DNA of 64,000 nt, taken from Mobula hypostoma. Its lineage: Eukaryota. Positions within the stretch are counted from its first letter, which is position 1. The number at the start of each line of letters is the position of its first letter. The position numbers and the translations under genes are program-made. Positions 49,381 to 62,029 of this stretch are shown in pieces. The notes below the pieces were generated by a model. It did not search any database. It worked only from the letters and a program-made list of their open reading frames with translations, and was not told the origin of the DNA. The stretch lies in NCBI RefSeq assembly GCF_963921235.1, contig NC_086108.1, forward strand, positions 116,996,001 to 117,060,000. The letters run 5' to 3'.

Positions 49381-52300
49381 ATAGAAATATAGAAACATAG
49401 AAAATAGGTGGAGTAGGCCATTCGGCCCATCGAGCCTGCACCGCCACTCAGTACGATCATGGCTGATCATCCAACTCAGAACCCTGTACCTGCCTTCTCT
49501 TCATACTCCCCGATCCCTTTAGCCACAAGGGCCATATTTAACTCCCTCTTAAATATAGCCAATGAACTAGTCTCAACTGTTTCCTGTGGCAGAGAATTCC
49601 ACAGATTCACCACTCTCTGTGTGAAGAAGTTTTTCCTCATCTCAGTCCTAAAAGGCTTCCCCTTTATCCTCAAACTGTGACCCCTCGTTCTGGACTTCGC
49701 CAACATCGGGAACAATCTTCCTACATCTCGTCTGTCCAATCCCTTTAGAATTTTATACGTTTCAATCAGATCCCCCCCTCAATCTTCTAAATTCCAGCAA
49801 GTACAAGCCAAGTCGATCCAGTCTTTCATCATATGAAAGTCCTGCCATCCCAGGAATCAATCTGGTGAACCTTCTTTGTACTCCCTCTATGGCAAGAATG
49901 TCTTTCCTCAGATTAGGGGACCAAAACTGCACACAATACTCCAGGTGTGGTCTCACCAAGGTCTTGTACAACTGCAGTAGTACCTCCCTGCTCCTGTACT
50001 CGAATCCTTTCGCTATAAATGCCAGCATACCATTTGCCTTTTTCACCACCTGCTGTACCTGCATGCCCACTTTCAATGACTGGCGTACAATGACACCCAG
50101 GTCTTGTTGCAACTCCCCTTTTCCTAATTGGCCACCATTCAGATAATCTGTTTTCCTGGTCTTGCCACCAAAGTGGATAACCTCACATTTATCCACATTA
50201 AATTGCATCTGCCATGAATTTGCCCACTCACCTAACCTATCCAAGTCACCCTGCATCCTCTTAGCATCCTCCTCACAGCTAACACTGCCGCCCAACTTCG
50301 TGTCATCCGCAAACTTGGAGATGCTGCATTTAATTCCCTCCTCTAAGTCATTAGTATATATAGTATATACACTTAAAGGATTGACGGTGGATATGCAATG
50401 GCAAGCATTTAAAGGTTGCCTGGATGAACTACAACAATTGTTCATCCCAGTTTGGCAAAAGAATAAATCAAGGAAGGTAGTGCACCCGTGGCTGACAAGA
50501 GAAATTAGGGATAGTATCAATTCCAAAGAAGAAGCATACAAATTAGCCAGAAAAAGTGGCTCACCTGAGGACTGGGAGAAATTCAGAGTTCAGCAGAGGA
50601 GGACAAAGGGCTTAATTAGGAAGGGGAAAAAAGATTATGAGAGAAAACTGGCAGGGAACATAAAAACTGACTGTTAAAGCTTTTATAGATATGTAAAAAG
50701 GAAAAGACTGGTAAAGACAAATGTAGGTCCCCTGCAGACAGAAACAGGTGAATTGATTATGGGGAGCAAGGACATGGCAGACCAATTGAATAATTACTTT
50801 GGTTCTGTCTGCACTAAGGAGGACATAAATAGTCTTCCAGAAATAGTAGGGGACAGAGGGTCCAGTGAGATGGATGAACTGAGGGAAATACATGTTAGTA
50901 GGGAAGTGGTGTTAGGTAAATTGAAGGGTTTGAAGGCAGATAAATCCCCAGGGCCAGATGGTCTGCATCCTAGAGTGCTTAAGGAAGTAGCCCAAGAAAT
51001 AGTGGATGCATTAGTGATAATTTTTCAAAACTCGTTAGATTCTGGACTAGTTCCTGAGGATTGGAGGGTGGCTAATGTAACTCCACTTTTTAAAAAAGGA
51101 GGGAGAGAGAAACCGGGGAATTATAGACCGGTTAGCCTAACGTCGGTGGTGGGGAAGCTGCTGGAGTCAGTTATCAAAGATGTGATAACAGCACATTTGG
51201 AAAGCGGTGAAATGATCGGACAAAGTCAGCATGGATTTGTGAAAGGAAAATCATGTCTGATGAATCTCATAGAATTTTTTGAGGATGTAACTAGTAGGGT
51301 GGATAGGGGAGAACCAGTGGATGTGGTATATTTGGATTTTCAAAAGGCTTTCGACAAGGTTCCACACAGGAGATTAGTGTGCAAACTTAAAGCACACGGT
51401 ATTGGGGGTAAGGTATTGGTGTGGGTGGAAAATTGGTTAGCAGACAGGAAGCAAAGAGTGGGAATAAACGGGACCTTTTCAGAATGGCAGGCGGTGACTA
51501 GTGGGGTACCGCAAGACTCAGTGCTGGGACCCCAGTTGTTTACAATATATATTAATGACTTGGATGAGGGAATTAAATGCAGCATCTCCAAGTTTGCGGA
51601 TGACACGAAGCTGGGTGGCAGTGTTAGCTGTGAGGAGGATGCTAAGAGGATGCAGGGTGACTTGGATAGGTGGGGTGAGTGGGCAAATTCATGGCAGATG
51701 CAATTTAATGTGGATAAATGTGAAGTTATCCACTTTGGTGGCAAAAATAGGAAAACAGATTATTATCTGAATGGTGGCTGATTAGGAAAAGGGGAGGTGC
51801 AACGAGACCTGGGTGTCATTATACACCAGTCATTGAAAGTGGGCATGCAGGTACAGCAGGCGGTGAAAAAGGCGAATTGTATGCTGGCATTTATAGCGAG
51901 AGGATTTGAGTACAGGAGCAGGGAGGTACTACTGCAGTTGTACAAGGCCTTGGTGAGACCACACCTGGAGTATTCTGTGCAGTTTTGGTCCCCTAATCTG
52001 AGGAAAGACATCCTTGCCATAGAGGGAGTACAAAGAAGGTTCACCAGATTGATTCCTGGGATGGCAGGACTTTCATATGAAGAAAGACTGGATGAACTGG
52101 GCTTGTACTCGTTGGAATTTAGAAGATTGAGGGGGGATCTGATTGAAACGTATAAGATCCTAAAGGGATTGGACAGGCTAGATGCAGGAAGATTGTTCCC
52201 GATGTTGGGGAAGTCCAGAACGAGGGGCCACAGTTTGCGGATAGAGGGGAAGCCTTTTAGGACCGAGATTAGGAAAAACTTCTTCACACAGAGAGTGGTG

Positions 52301-52729
52301 AATCTGTGGAATTCTCTGCCACAGGTAACAGTTGAGGCCAGTTCATTGGCTATATTTAAGAGGGAGTTAGATATGGCCCTTGTGGCTACGGGGGTCAGGG
52401 GGTATGGAGGGAAGGCTGGGGCGGGGTTCTGAGTTGGAGGATCAGCCATGATCATAATAAATGGCGGTGCAGGCTCGAAGGGCCGAATGGCCTACTCCTG
52501 CACCTATTTTCTATGTTTCTATGTTTCTATGTAAACAACTGGGGTCCTTGCAGTACCCCACTAGTCACCGCCTGAGATTCTGAAAAGGTCCCGTTTATTC
52601 CCACTCTTTGCTTCCTGTTTGCCAACCAATTCTCTATCCACATCAATACCAGAACCCCAATATCATGTGCTTTAAGTTTGCACATTAATCTCCTGTGTGG
52701 GTCCTAGTTACATCCTCAAAAAATTCTAT
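49381..52729 (-). mobile_element. CR1 (family A) 3' part: 49381-50362 joined to 52533-52729
   Basis: ORFs 49476..49739 and 49762..50541; resumes as aaacaactggggtcc after the nested plus-strand copy. Confidence 0.88.
50363..52532 (+). mobile_element. Young CR1 (family A), full RT domain with 3' tail, nested antisense
   Basis: ORFs 50753..51781 (342 aa) and 51797..52432 are in one frame, separated by a TGA; tail tttctatgtttctatgtttctatgt. Confidence 0.95.
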
Positions 52730-53870
52730 GTGACCAGAACTGGACACAGTATTCCAAGTGTGGCCTAACCAGAGTTTTATAGAGCTGCATCATTACTTCG
52801 CGACTCTTAAACTCTATCCCTCGACTTATGAAAGCTAACACCCGATAAGCTTTCTTAACTACCATATCTACCTGAGGCAACTTTCAGGGATCTGTGGACA
52901 TGTAACCCCAGATCCCTCTGTTCCTCCACACTACCAAGTATCCTGCCATTTACTTTGTACTCTGCCTTGGAGATGGTCCTTCCAAAGTGTACCACCTCAC
53001 ACTTCTCCGGGTTGAACTCCATCTGCCACTTCTCAGCCCACTTCTGCATCCTATCAATGTCTCTCTGCAATCTTTGACAATCCTCTACACTATCTACAAT
53101 ACCACCAACCTTTGTGTCGTCTCCAAACTCGCCAACCCACCCTTCTAGCCCCACATCCAGGTCGTTAATAAAAATTACAAAAAGTAGAGGTCCCAGAACC
53201 AAACCTTGTGGGACACCACCCTCCAATCTGAATGTACTCCCTCCACCACGAACCTCTGCCTTCTGCAGGCAAGCCAATTCTGAATCCACCTAGCCAAACT
53301 TCCCTGGATCCCATGCCATCTGACTTTCTGAATAAGCCTACCGTGTGGAACCTTGTCAAATGCCTTACTAAAATCCATGTAGATCACATCCACTGCACTA
53401 TCCTCATCTATATGTCTGGTCACCTCCTCAAAGAACTTTATCAGGCTTGTTAGACATGATCTGCCCTTCACAAAGCCATGCTGACTGTCCCTGATCAGAC
53501 CATGATTCTCTAAATGCCCATAGATCCTATCTCTAAGAATCTTTTCCAACAGCTTTCCCACCACAGACGTAAGGCTCACTGGTCTATAATTACCCGGACT
53601 ATCCCTACTACCTTTTTTGAACAAGGGGACAACATTCGCCTCCCTCCAGTCCTCTGGTACCATTCCCATGGACAACGAGGACATAAAGATCCTAGCCAGA
53701 GTCTCAGCAATCTTTTCCCTTGCCTCGAAGAGCAGCCTGGGGAATATTCCGTCAGGCCTCGGGGTCTTATCCGCCCTAATGTATTTTAACAACTCCAACA
53801 CCTCCTCTCCCTTAATATCAACATGCTCCAGAACATCAACCTCACTCATATCGTCCTCACCGTCATCAAG

Positions 53871-54605
53871 TTTAATGGTAAGAATCTTAGCAGTGTGGAG
53901 GATCAGAGGGATCTTGGGATCCAAGCCCATCGGATACTCAAAGCTACTGCGTAGGTTGACTCTGTGATTAAGAAGGCATATAGAGCATTGGAACCTTTAT
54001 CAATCGTGGGATTGAGTTTAAGAGCCGAGAGGTAATGTTGTAGCTCTATAGGACTCCAGTCAGACCCCACGGAGTACTGTGCTCAGTTCTGGTTGCCTCA
54101 CTACAGGAAGGATGTGGAAACCATAGAAAGGGTGCAGAGGAGATTTACAAGGATGTTGCCTGGATTGGGGAGCATGCCCTATGAGAACAGGTTGAGTGAA
54201 TTCAGCCTTTTCTCCTTGGAGCAACAGAGGATGAGAGGTGACCTGATAGAGGTGTATAAGATGATGATAGGCATTGATCGTGTGGATAGTCAAAGGCTTT
54301 TTCTCAGGGCTGGAATGGCTAGCAAGAGAGGGCACAATTTTAAGGTGATTGGAAGTAGGTACAGAGGAGATGTCAGGGGTAAGTTTTCTTTACACAGAGA
54401 ATAGTGAGTGCGTGGAATGGGCTGTCGGTGACGATGGTGGAGGCGGATACGATAGGGTCTTTTAAGAGCCTCCTGGACAGGTACATGGAGCTCAGAAAAA
54501 TAGAGGGCTATGGGTAGCCCAAGGTAATTTCTAAGATAAGGACATGTTCGGCACAGCTTTGTGGGCCGAAGGGCCTGTATTGAGCTGTAGGCTTTCTTTG
54601 TTTCT
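53871..54605 (+). mobile_element. CR1 (family C) 3' end; host of the 48886-53870 nest
   Basis: ORF 54093..54404; continues gcagaatatagaattaat (48868-48885) as ttaatggtaaga. Confidence 0.88.
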
Positions 54606-54607
54606 AA

Positions 54608-54860
54608 ACGTTCCCAGTGTGCTAACTGTTCCTAGCATGCCAAACATTCCCAGTGTGCTGATTTTTTTTAAGAGCTAGATATTCCCAATGTGCTAACTGT
54701 TCCTACCCTGCTAAAAGTTCCCAGTGTGCTAACTGTTTTTTTTAAGAGCTAACCGTTCCCAGTGTGCTAACTGTATTAGCATGCTAACTGTTCCTAGCGT
54801 GTTAAACATTCCCAGTGCACTAACTGTCCCTAGCGTGCCAAACATTCCCATTGTGCTGTT
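54608..54860. repeat. Short degenerate ~18-bp tandem repeat (ttcccagtgtgctaactg)
   Basis: About 10 visible copies. Confidence 0.8.
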
Positions 54861-55764
54861 TCAAGTGTGTTCCACAAACTCTCCTGCATCCTAACCATCT
54901 CAGGAGATGTCACAAGCAGGAAACAACTGAACTGCACTCTGTCACCGTCCCTTGGTACCAGCCCTCTGAAGAAACTGCAGTTGACGTTTCCACTCTCTGC
55001 TTAATTTACAAAGTGAGTCCCTGAGCCCTTCTGCCATGGACAAACTACTGAACGAAGCAATCTCTCTGCTCTCCAAAAACAGAGTAGAGAAATATAAAGA
55101 TCTTTTGTCTTACACACTGTATAAGTGCATAATGTAATTCTGGGAGATTTCCTATCTCATCTGAAGCAGAAATTTGTACACAAGCTGAGTGTTAATTTCT
55201 GCAGATGTTAGCCTCTGATTGCAGATGGCACTTGGTAAAACTGTGGAGCTTAAAATCATCCAGAAGAGGTGTGAAGGAGCTGGGGTCAGCGTGAGTTTTG
55301 TGAGCGGACAGAGATTCATTACGCTGCTCTCAAAGCTGGACAGATTCCAGGCAGGCAAAGTCTGATTTGTGGTGGTTGTGCTGAAGAATGCAGTGGGAAG
55401 TGGAGGGATCCCCATACAGACAAAGCCTTGGGGTTATCGATGAGATCTGTTGCTTCAGTTACAGCTGAAGTGAAAGCAGCCTCCTGCCAAAAGCAATGCA
55501 AAGCTCAAACCATCCATCAAGCACGCGACAGGATCGGACCGCAGGCCAGAACACTGTCAAATTACAACAATATTTTTCAGATGTATGGGTAATGCAGTGC
55601 AGTAGCACAGTGATTAAGTAACTGGACCAACAATCAGCAGTCTAGACAAAACTAGGGAATATGAGAAAAATTCCAGCCCCAGGAATATCGAGACTGCCCA
55701 CCACAGGAAAAGGTCACTCCACCCATCAGGCCTGGGCTGGCTCTTTGTGGGTCCCCACACAGGG

Positions 55765-56125
55765 AGTGATAGAAAAGTACAGCACAGAAACATGTCCTTC
55801 GGCCCATCTAGTCCGTGCTAAACTGCCTACTCCCATCGACCTGCACCGGGACCATAGCTGTACATACCCCTCCCATGCATGCACCTATTCAAACATCTCT
55901 TAAATGTTGAAATCAAGCTCACATGCACTGTCCGCTGGCATCTCATTCCACATTCTCACAACCCTCTGAATGAAAATATTCCCCCTCATGTTCCTATTAA
56001 ACTTTTCGCCATTCACCCTTAACCCATGACCTCTGGTTGTCGTCCCACCCAGGCTCAGTGGAAAAAGGCCGCTTGCATTTATCCTGCCTGTACTCCTCAT
56101 AATTCTGTATACCTCAATCAAACCT
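55765..56125 (-). mobile_element. CR1 3' end
   Basis: ORF 55900..56121: IEVYRIM..TRGHGLRV..QRVVRMWNEMP. Confidence 0.8.
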
Positions 56126-56349
56126 CAGAACATATCCGGAACCCATTCCCATCGACCCACGTCAGCGGGAAGCACTCCTCCTTCTCCCTTGTATCCTCCA
56201 GACTCCCTCAGCCACCTTCTTCACTTTATCTGAATGCATGATTACTCTGCAGCTCTCCATGAACCCTCGCCCCACACGCCAAACTTCAGCAGTCTCTCCC
56301 CGGAGCAGAGCTCCCACATCAGTCCGATCCTCACCAGATGCTCCCCCTC

Positions 56350-56478
56350 ACTCACACACTGGAGACAATGAACCCACCGACCCACGTGTCGGGAATTGGG
56401 AGGGAACAGGAATACCCAGGGGAAACCCACACAGTCACAGAGAGAACGTGCAAACTCCACACAGACAGTGGAGGAGGG
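56350..56478 (-). mobile_element. V-SINE-like fragment
   Basis: cccaggggaaacccacacagtcacagagagaacgtgcaaactccacacagacag resembles an antisense V domain. Confidence 0.6.
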
Positions 56479-56504
56479 GGTGAGAGGTTGGCCACATCGG
56501 ATTC

Positions 56505-56980
56505 CTGTTTCTTGGAGCAACGTAGATTGAGGGGATGACCTCAGGGAAGTTTATAAGTTCACAAAGGGGTTCAGATAAGACGGATGGTTAGTCTTTTCCC
56601 CAGGATTGGGGAGTCCAAATCCAGAAGGAACGGTTATAAGATGAAAGGGGAGAGATTTAACAGAGATCAGCCGACATTGGAGCAGAATTAGGCTATTCAG
56701 CACATCAAGTCTGCTCTGACATTCAATCATAGCTGATCCCAGATCTAACGCTACCCAAGATCTGAGAGGTAACCACTTTACACAGAATCTAGTGAGTACC
56801 TGGAATGAGCTGCCAGGAGATGTGGCTACAGTGAGTACAATTGAAATAGTTTAGCGGCATTTGGATAGGTATGGAGGGTTATGAGCAGAATGTGTGCAAA
56901 AGGGACGAGCAGAAAAGATGCTGTGACAAGCATTAACCAGATGGGCTGAAGGGCTTTCTGTGCTGTATGATTCCATGACT
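56505..56980 (+). mobile_element. Old CR1 3' end with a small antisense insert (~56675-56745)
   Basis: ttggagcaacgtagattgagggg, tggaatgagctgccag and gtgctgtatgattccatgactctatg tail. Confidence 0.7.
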
Positions 56981-56995
56981 CTATGCTGGCTTCCT

Positions 56996-57782
56996 GCCTC
57001 TGTAACCCTCTCCTTCCCAGTCACTCTCCGCGCGTCTGTAACCCTCTCCTTCCCCGTCACTCTCCGCGCGTCTGTAACCCTCTCCGTCCCCGTCACTCTC
57101 CGCGCGTCTGTAACCCTCTCCTTCCCCGTCACTCTCCGCGCGTCTGTAACTCTCTCCGTCCCCGTCACTCTCCGCGCGTCTGTAACCCTCTCCTTCCCCG
57201 TCACTCTCCGCGCGTCTGTAACCCTCTCCTTCCCCGTCACTCTCCGCGCGTCTGTAACTCTCTCCGTCCCCGTCACTCTCCGCGCGTCTGTAACCCTCTC
57301 CGTCCCCGTCACTCTCCGCGCGTCTGTAACCCTCTCCTTCCCCGTCACTCTCCGCGCGTCTGTAACCCTCTCCGTCCCCGTCACTCTCCGCGCGTCTGTA
57401 ACCCTCTCCTTCCCCGTCACTCTCCGTGTCTGTAACCCTCTCCGTCCCCGTCACTCTCCGCGCGTCTGTAACCCTCTCCGTCCCCGTCACTCTCCGTGTC
57501 TGTAACCCTCTCCGTCCCCGTCACTCTCCGCGCGTCTGTAACCCTCTCCGTCCCCGTCACTCTCCGCGCGTCTGTAACCCTCTCCTTCCCCGTCACTCTC
57601 CGTGTCTGTAACCCTCTCCTTCCCCGTCACTCTCCGCGCGTCTGTAACCCTCTCCTTCCCCGTCACTCTCCGCGCGTCTGTAACCCTCTCCTTCCCCGTC
57701 ACTCTCCGTGTGTCTGTAACCCTCTCCTTCCCCGTCACTCTCCGTGTGTCTGTAACCCTCTCCGTCCCCGTCACTCTCCACT
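56996..57782. repeat. 36-bp (34-bp variant) CpG-rich minisatellite (tctgtaaccctctcc(t/g)tccccgtcactctccgcgcg), about 22 copies
   Basis: Direct tandem repeat; a degenerate continuation lies at 61413-61985. Confidence 0.96.
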
Positions 57783-57794
57783 CTCTTTAATTTG

Positions 57795-60700
57795 AGTACG
57801 GGGAAATATGAGGCTATCGGGCAGGAACTTGGAAGCATAAACTGGGAACTACGTAATGATAGAGATCTGGAAGTTTATAAGGTTAGTTGGAAGGAGCTTA
57901 AGAATGAAATTAGGAGAGCCAGAAGGGGCCATGAGAAGGCCTTGGTGGGTAGGATTAAAGAAAACCCCAAGGCATTCTACAAATATGTGAAGAACAAGAG
58001 CATAAGACATGAGAGAATAGGACCAATCAAGATCTTAAATAGGTTTTTTGCGTCTGTATTTACTAAGGAAACTGGCATGAAGTCTATGGAATTAGGGGAA
58101 ACAAATAGTGAGATCATGGAAACTGTACAGATTGAAAAGGAGGATGTCTTTGCTGTCTTGAGGAAAATTAAAGTGGATAAATCCCCGGGACCTGACAGGG
58201 TGTTCCCTTGGACCTTGAAGGAGACTAGTGTTGAAATTGCAGGGGCCCTGGCAGAAATATTTAAAATGTCGCTGTCTATAGGTGAGGTGCCGGAGGATTG
58301 GAGAGTGGTTCATGTTGTTCCGTTGTTTAAAAAAGGATCAAAACGTAATCCGGGAAATTATAGGCCGGTAAGTTTAACGTCGGTAGTAGGTAAGTTATTG
58401 GAGGGAGTACTAAGAGACAGAATCTACAAGCATTTGGATAGACAGGGACTTATTAGGGAGAGTCAACATGGCTTTGTGCGTGGCAGGTCATGTTTGACCA
58501 ATCTATTGGAGTTTTTTGAGGAGGTTACCAGGAAAGTGGATGAAGGGAAGACAGTGGATATTGTCTACATGGACTTCAGTAAGGCCTTTGACAAGGTCCC
58601 GCATGGGAGGTTAGTTAGGAAAATTCAGTCGCTAGGTATACATGGAGAGGTGGTAAATTGGATTAGACATTGGCTCAATGGAAGAAGCCAAAGAGTGGTA
58701 GTAGAGAATTGCTTCTCCGAGTGGAGGCCTGTGACCAGTGGTGTGCCACAGGGATCGGTGCTGGGTCCATTGTTATTTGTCATCTATATCAATGATCTGG
58801 ATGATAATGTGGTAAATTGGATCAGCAAATTTGCTGATGATACAAAGATTGGAGGTGTAGTAGACAGTGAGAAAGGTTTTCAGAGCCTGCAGAGGGACTT
58901 GGACCAGCTGGAAAATGGGCTGAAAAATGGCAGATGGAGATTAATGCAGACAAGTGTGAGGTATTGCATGTTGGAAGGACAAACCAAGGTAGAACATACA
59001 GGGTTAATGGTAAGGCACTGAGGAGTGCAGTGGAACAGAGCAATCTGGGAATACAGACACAAAATTCCCTAAAAGTGGCGTCACAGGTAGATAGGGTCGT
59101 AAAGAGAGCTTTTGGTACATTGGCCTTTATTAATCGAAGTATTGAGTATAAGAGCTGGAATGCCATGATGAGGTTGTATAAGGCATTGGTGAGGCCGAAT
59201 CTGGAGTATTGTGTTCAGTTTTGGTCACCAAATTACAGGAAGGATATAAATAAGGTTGAAAGAGTGCAGAGAAGGTTTACAAGGATGTTGCCAGGACTTG
59301 AGAAACTCAGTTACAGAGAAAGGTTGAATAGGTTAGGACTTTATTCCCTGGAGCGTAGAAGAATGAGGGGAGATTTGATAGAGGTATATAAAATTATAAT
59401 GGGTATAGACAGAGTGAATGCAAGCAGGCTTTTTCCACTGAGGCAAGGAGAGAAAAAAACCAGAGGACATGGGTTAAGGGTGAGGGGAGAAAAGTTTAAA
59501 GGGAACATTAGTGGGGGGGCTTCTTCACACAGAGAGTGGTGGGAGTATGGAATGAGCTGCCAGATGAGGTGGTAAACGTGGGTTCTTTTTTAACATTTAA
59601 GAATAAATTGGACAGATACATGGATGGGAGGTGTATGGAGGGATATGGTCCGTGTGCAGGACAGTGGGACTAGGCAGAAAATGGTTCGGCACAGCCAAGA
59701 AGGGCCAAAAGGCCTGTTTCTATGCTGTAGTTTCTGTGGTTCTATGGTTCTAAGTGTGACAATGGAAAAGTGTGTATGGAACCAGACAAGATAGCTGAGG
59801 TACTTAACGAGTACTTTGCTTCAGTATTCACTACAGAAAAGGATCTTAGCAATTGTAGGGATAACTTACAGTGGATTGAAAAGCTTGAGCATATCGACGT
59901 TAAGAAAGAGGATGTGCTGGAGCTTTTGGAAAGCATCAAGTTGGATAAGTCTCTGGGACCGGACGAAATGTAACCCAGGCTACTGTGGGAGGTGAGGTAG
60001 GAGATTGCTGAGCCTCTGGCGATGATCTTTGCATCATCAATGGAGATGGGAGAGGTTCTGGAGGATTGGACAGTTGCAGATGTTGTTCCCTTATTCAAGA
60101 AAGGGAGTAGAGATAGCTCAGGAAATTATAGACCAGTGGTTGGTAAGTTGATAGAAAAGATCTTGAAAGGCAGGATTTATGAACATTTGAAGAGGCATCA
60201 TATGATTAGGAATAGACAGCAAGGCTTTGTCAAAGGCAGGTCATGCCTTATGAGCCTGATTGAATTTTTTGAGGATGTGACTATGAGGTACCCTATGCAA
60301 GACTTATTGAGAAAGTAAGGAGGCATGGGATCCAAGGGGACATTGCTTTGTGGATTCAAAATTGGCTTGCCACAGAATGCAAAGAGTGGTTGTAGATGGA
60401 TCATATTCTACATGGAAGTCAGTGACCAGTGGTGTGCCTCAGGGATCTGTTCTGGGACCCCCTCTCTTCTGATTTTTATAAATGATCTGGATGAGGAAAT
60501 GGAGGGATGGGTTAGTAAATTTGCTGATGACACAAATCATTTGTGGTGTTGTGGATAGCGTGGAGGCTGTCAGAGGTTACAGCGGAATATCAATAGCATG
60601 CAAAACTGGGCTGAGAAGTGGCAGATGGAGTTCAACCCAGATAAGTGTGAGGTGGCTCATTTTGGTAGGTCAAATATGATTGCAGAATATAGTGCTAACG

Positions 60701-61412
60701 GTAAGATTCTTGGCAGTGTGGAGGATCCGAGGGATCTTGGGGTCCGTGTCCGTAGGACACTCAACGCTGCTATGCAGTTTGACTCTGTGATTAAGAAAGC
60801 ATACGGTGCATTGGCCTTCATCAATTGTGGGATTGAGTTTAAGAGCCGAGAGGCAATGTTACAGCTATATAGGACCCTGGTCAAGACCCCACTTGGAGTA
60901 CTGTGGTCAGTGCTGGTCACCTCACTACAGGAAGGACATGGAAACCATAGAAAGGGTGCAGAGGAGATTTACAAGGATGTTGCCTGGATTGGGGAGCATG
61001 CCTTATGAGAATAGGTTGAGTGAACTCGACCTTTTCTCCTTGGAGTGACGGAGGATGGATGTGACCCAATAGAAGTGTATTAGACGATGAGACGCATTGA
61101 TCGTGTGGATAGTCAGAGGCTTTTCCCCAAGGCTGAAATGGCTAGCACAAGAGGGCATCGTTTTAAAGTGCTGGGGAGTAGGTACAGGGGCAGGGGTAAG
61201 CTTTTTCAGTCAGAGAGTGGTCAGTGTGTGGAATGAGCTGCCGGCGACGGTGGTGGAGGTGGTTACAATAGGGTCTTTTAAGAGACTCCTAGATAGGTAC
61301 ATGGAGGTTAGAAAAATAGAGGGGTAACCCTAGGTAATTTCTAAAATAAGTACATGTTCGGCACAGCATTGTGGCTGAGGGGCCTGTATTGTGCTGCAGG
61401 TGTTCTATGTTT
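57795..61412 (+). mobile_element. CR1 (family C): 57795-58030 joined to 59752-61412, split by a same-strand CR1
   Basis: ggaccaatcaag|...|aagtgtgacaatgg continuity; ORFs 60022..60318 and 60598..61008; 3' tail. Confidence 0.88.
58031..59751 (+). mobile_element. CR1 (family D) RT domain with 3' tail
   Basis: RT part of ORF 57792..59021 ([22 protein letters not shown]) and ORF 58934..59575; tail gtttctgtggttctatggttct. Confidence 0.93.
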
Positions 61413-61985
61413 CACTCTCCCTGTGTCTGTAACCCTCTCCGGACCCTACATCCCACTTCGTCTCAGTAATCACCTCCACCCACCTTCACTTACCCCATCT
61501 CTATAACTCCCTTCTTCCACCTCAGTCTCTCCGTCCCCATAACCACCACCAGCTCATTCACTCTCCCCATCTGTGTAACACCTTCTGTCGCCTTCATTCT
61601 CCGTCTCTGTAACACCCTCCTTCCTCTTCAACTCTGTCCATCTCTGTAAGTTCCTCTGGATTTCAAACAATATCCCATTCTATTACTACTTCCATCTCCA
61701 TCACTCCCCCCGTCTCTATAATCACCACCATCCCCTTCACTCCCCCCGAATGTATAACTACTTCCATCTCCGTCACTCCCCCCGTCTCTATAATCACCAC
61801 CATCCCCTTCACTCCCCTTATCTCTGCAACCCTCTTCTTCCCTTTCCCTCTCCCCATCTCTGTAACACCCTCCGGCCCCTGCACCCGGTGACCTCTGCCA
61901 TCCCCTTCTCTCTCCCCATCTCTGTTACACCCTCTGGCCCCTACACCTCACCCCATCTCTGTAACCAGCTCCGTGACCTTCACTC
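61413..61985. repeat. Degenerate pyrimidine-rich tandem repeat related to the 36-bp minisatellite
   Basis: Recurrent tctgtaac(a/c)c and cactcccc words. Confidence 0.75.
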
Positions 61986-62029
61986 CAGCTGTCTGTCAAT
62001 CCCTTCACCACAGCAGCTGTTGCCTGAGT

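Larger units (their letters stand above)
48886..53870 (-). mobile_element. CR1 (family B) RT half: 48886-49380 joined to ~52730-53870, hosting two further nested CR1s
   Basis: ORFs 48953..49366, 52855..53289 and 53175..53930. cctatagtga at 49380 resumes as gtgaccagaactgg; flanked by ttaat on both sides. Confidence 0.9.

Noticed and set aside
56851..57838. Repetitive ORFs (RRVTGKERVTDA / AESDGEGEGYRR)
   Set aside because: Translations of the 36-bp minisatellite in several frames; no coding evidence.
57792..59021. 409-aa RT ORF as an intact or domesticated gene
   Set aside because: It is a chance in-frame fusion of two CR1 copies at ~58031, lacks the EN domain and is frameshifted near 58910.
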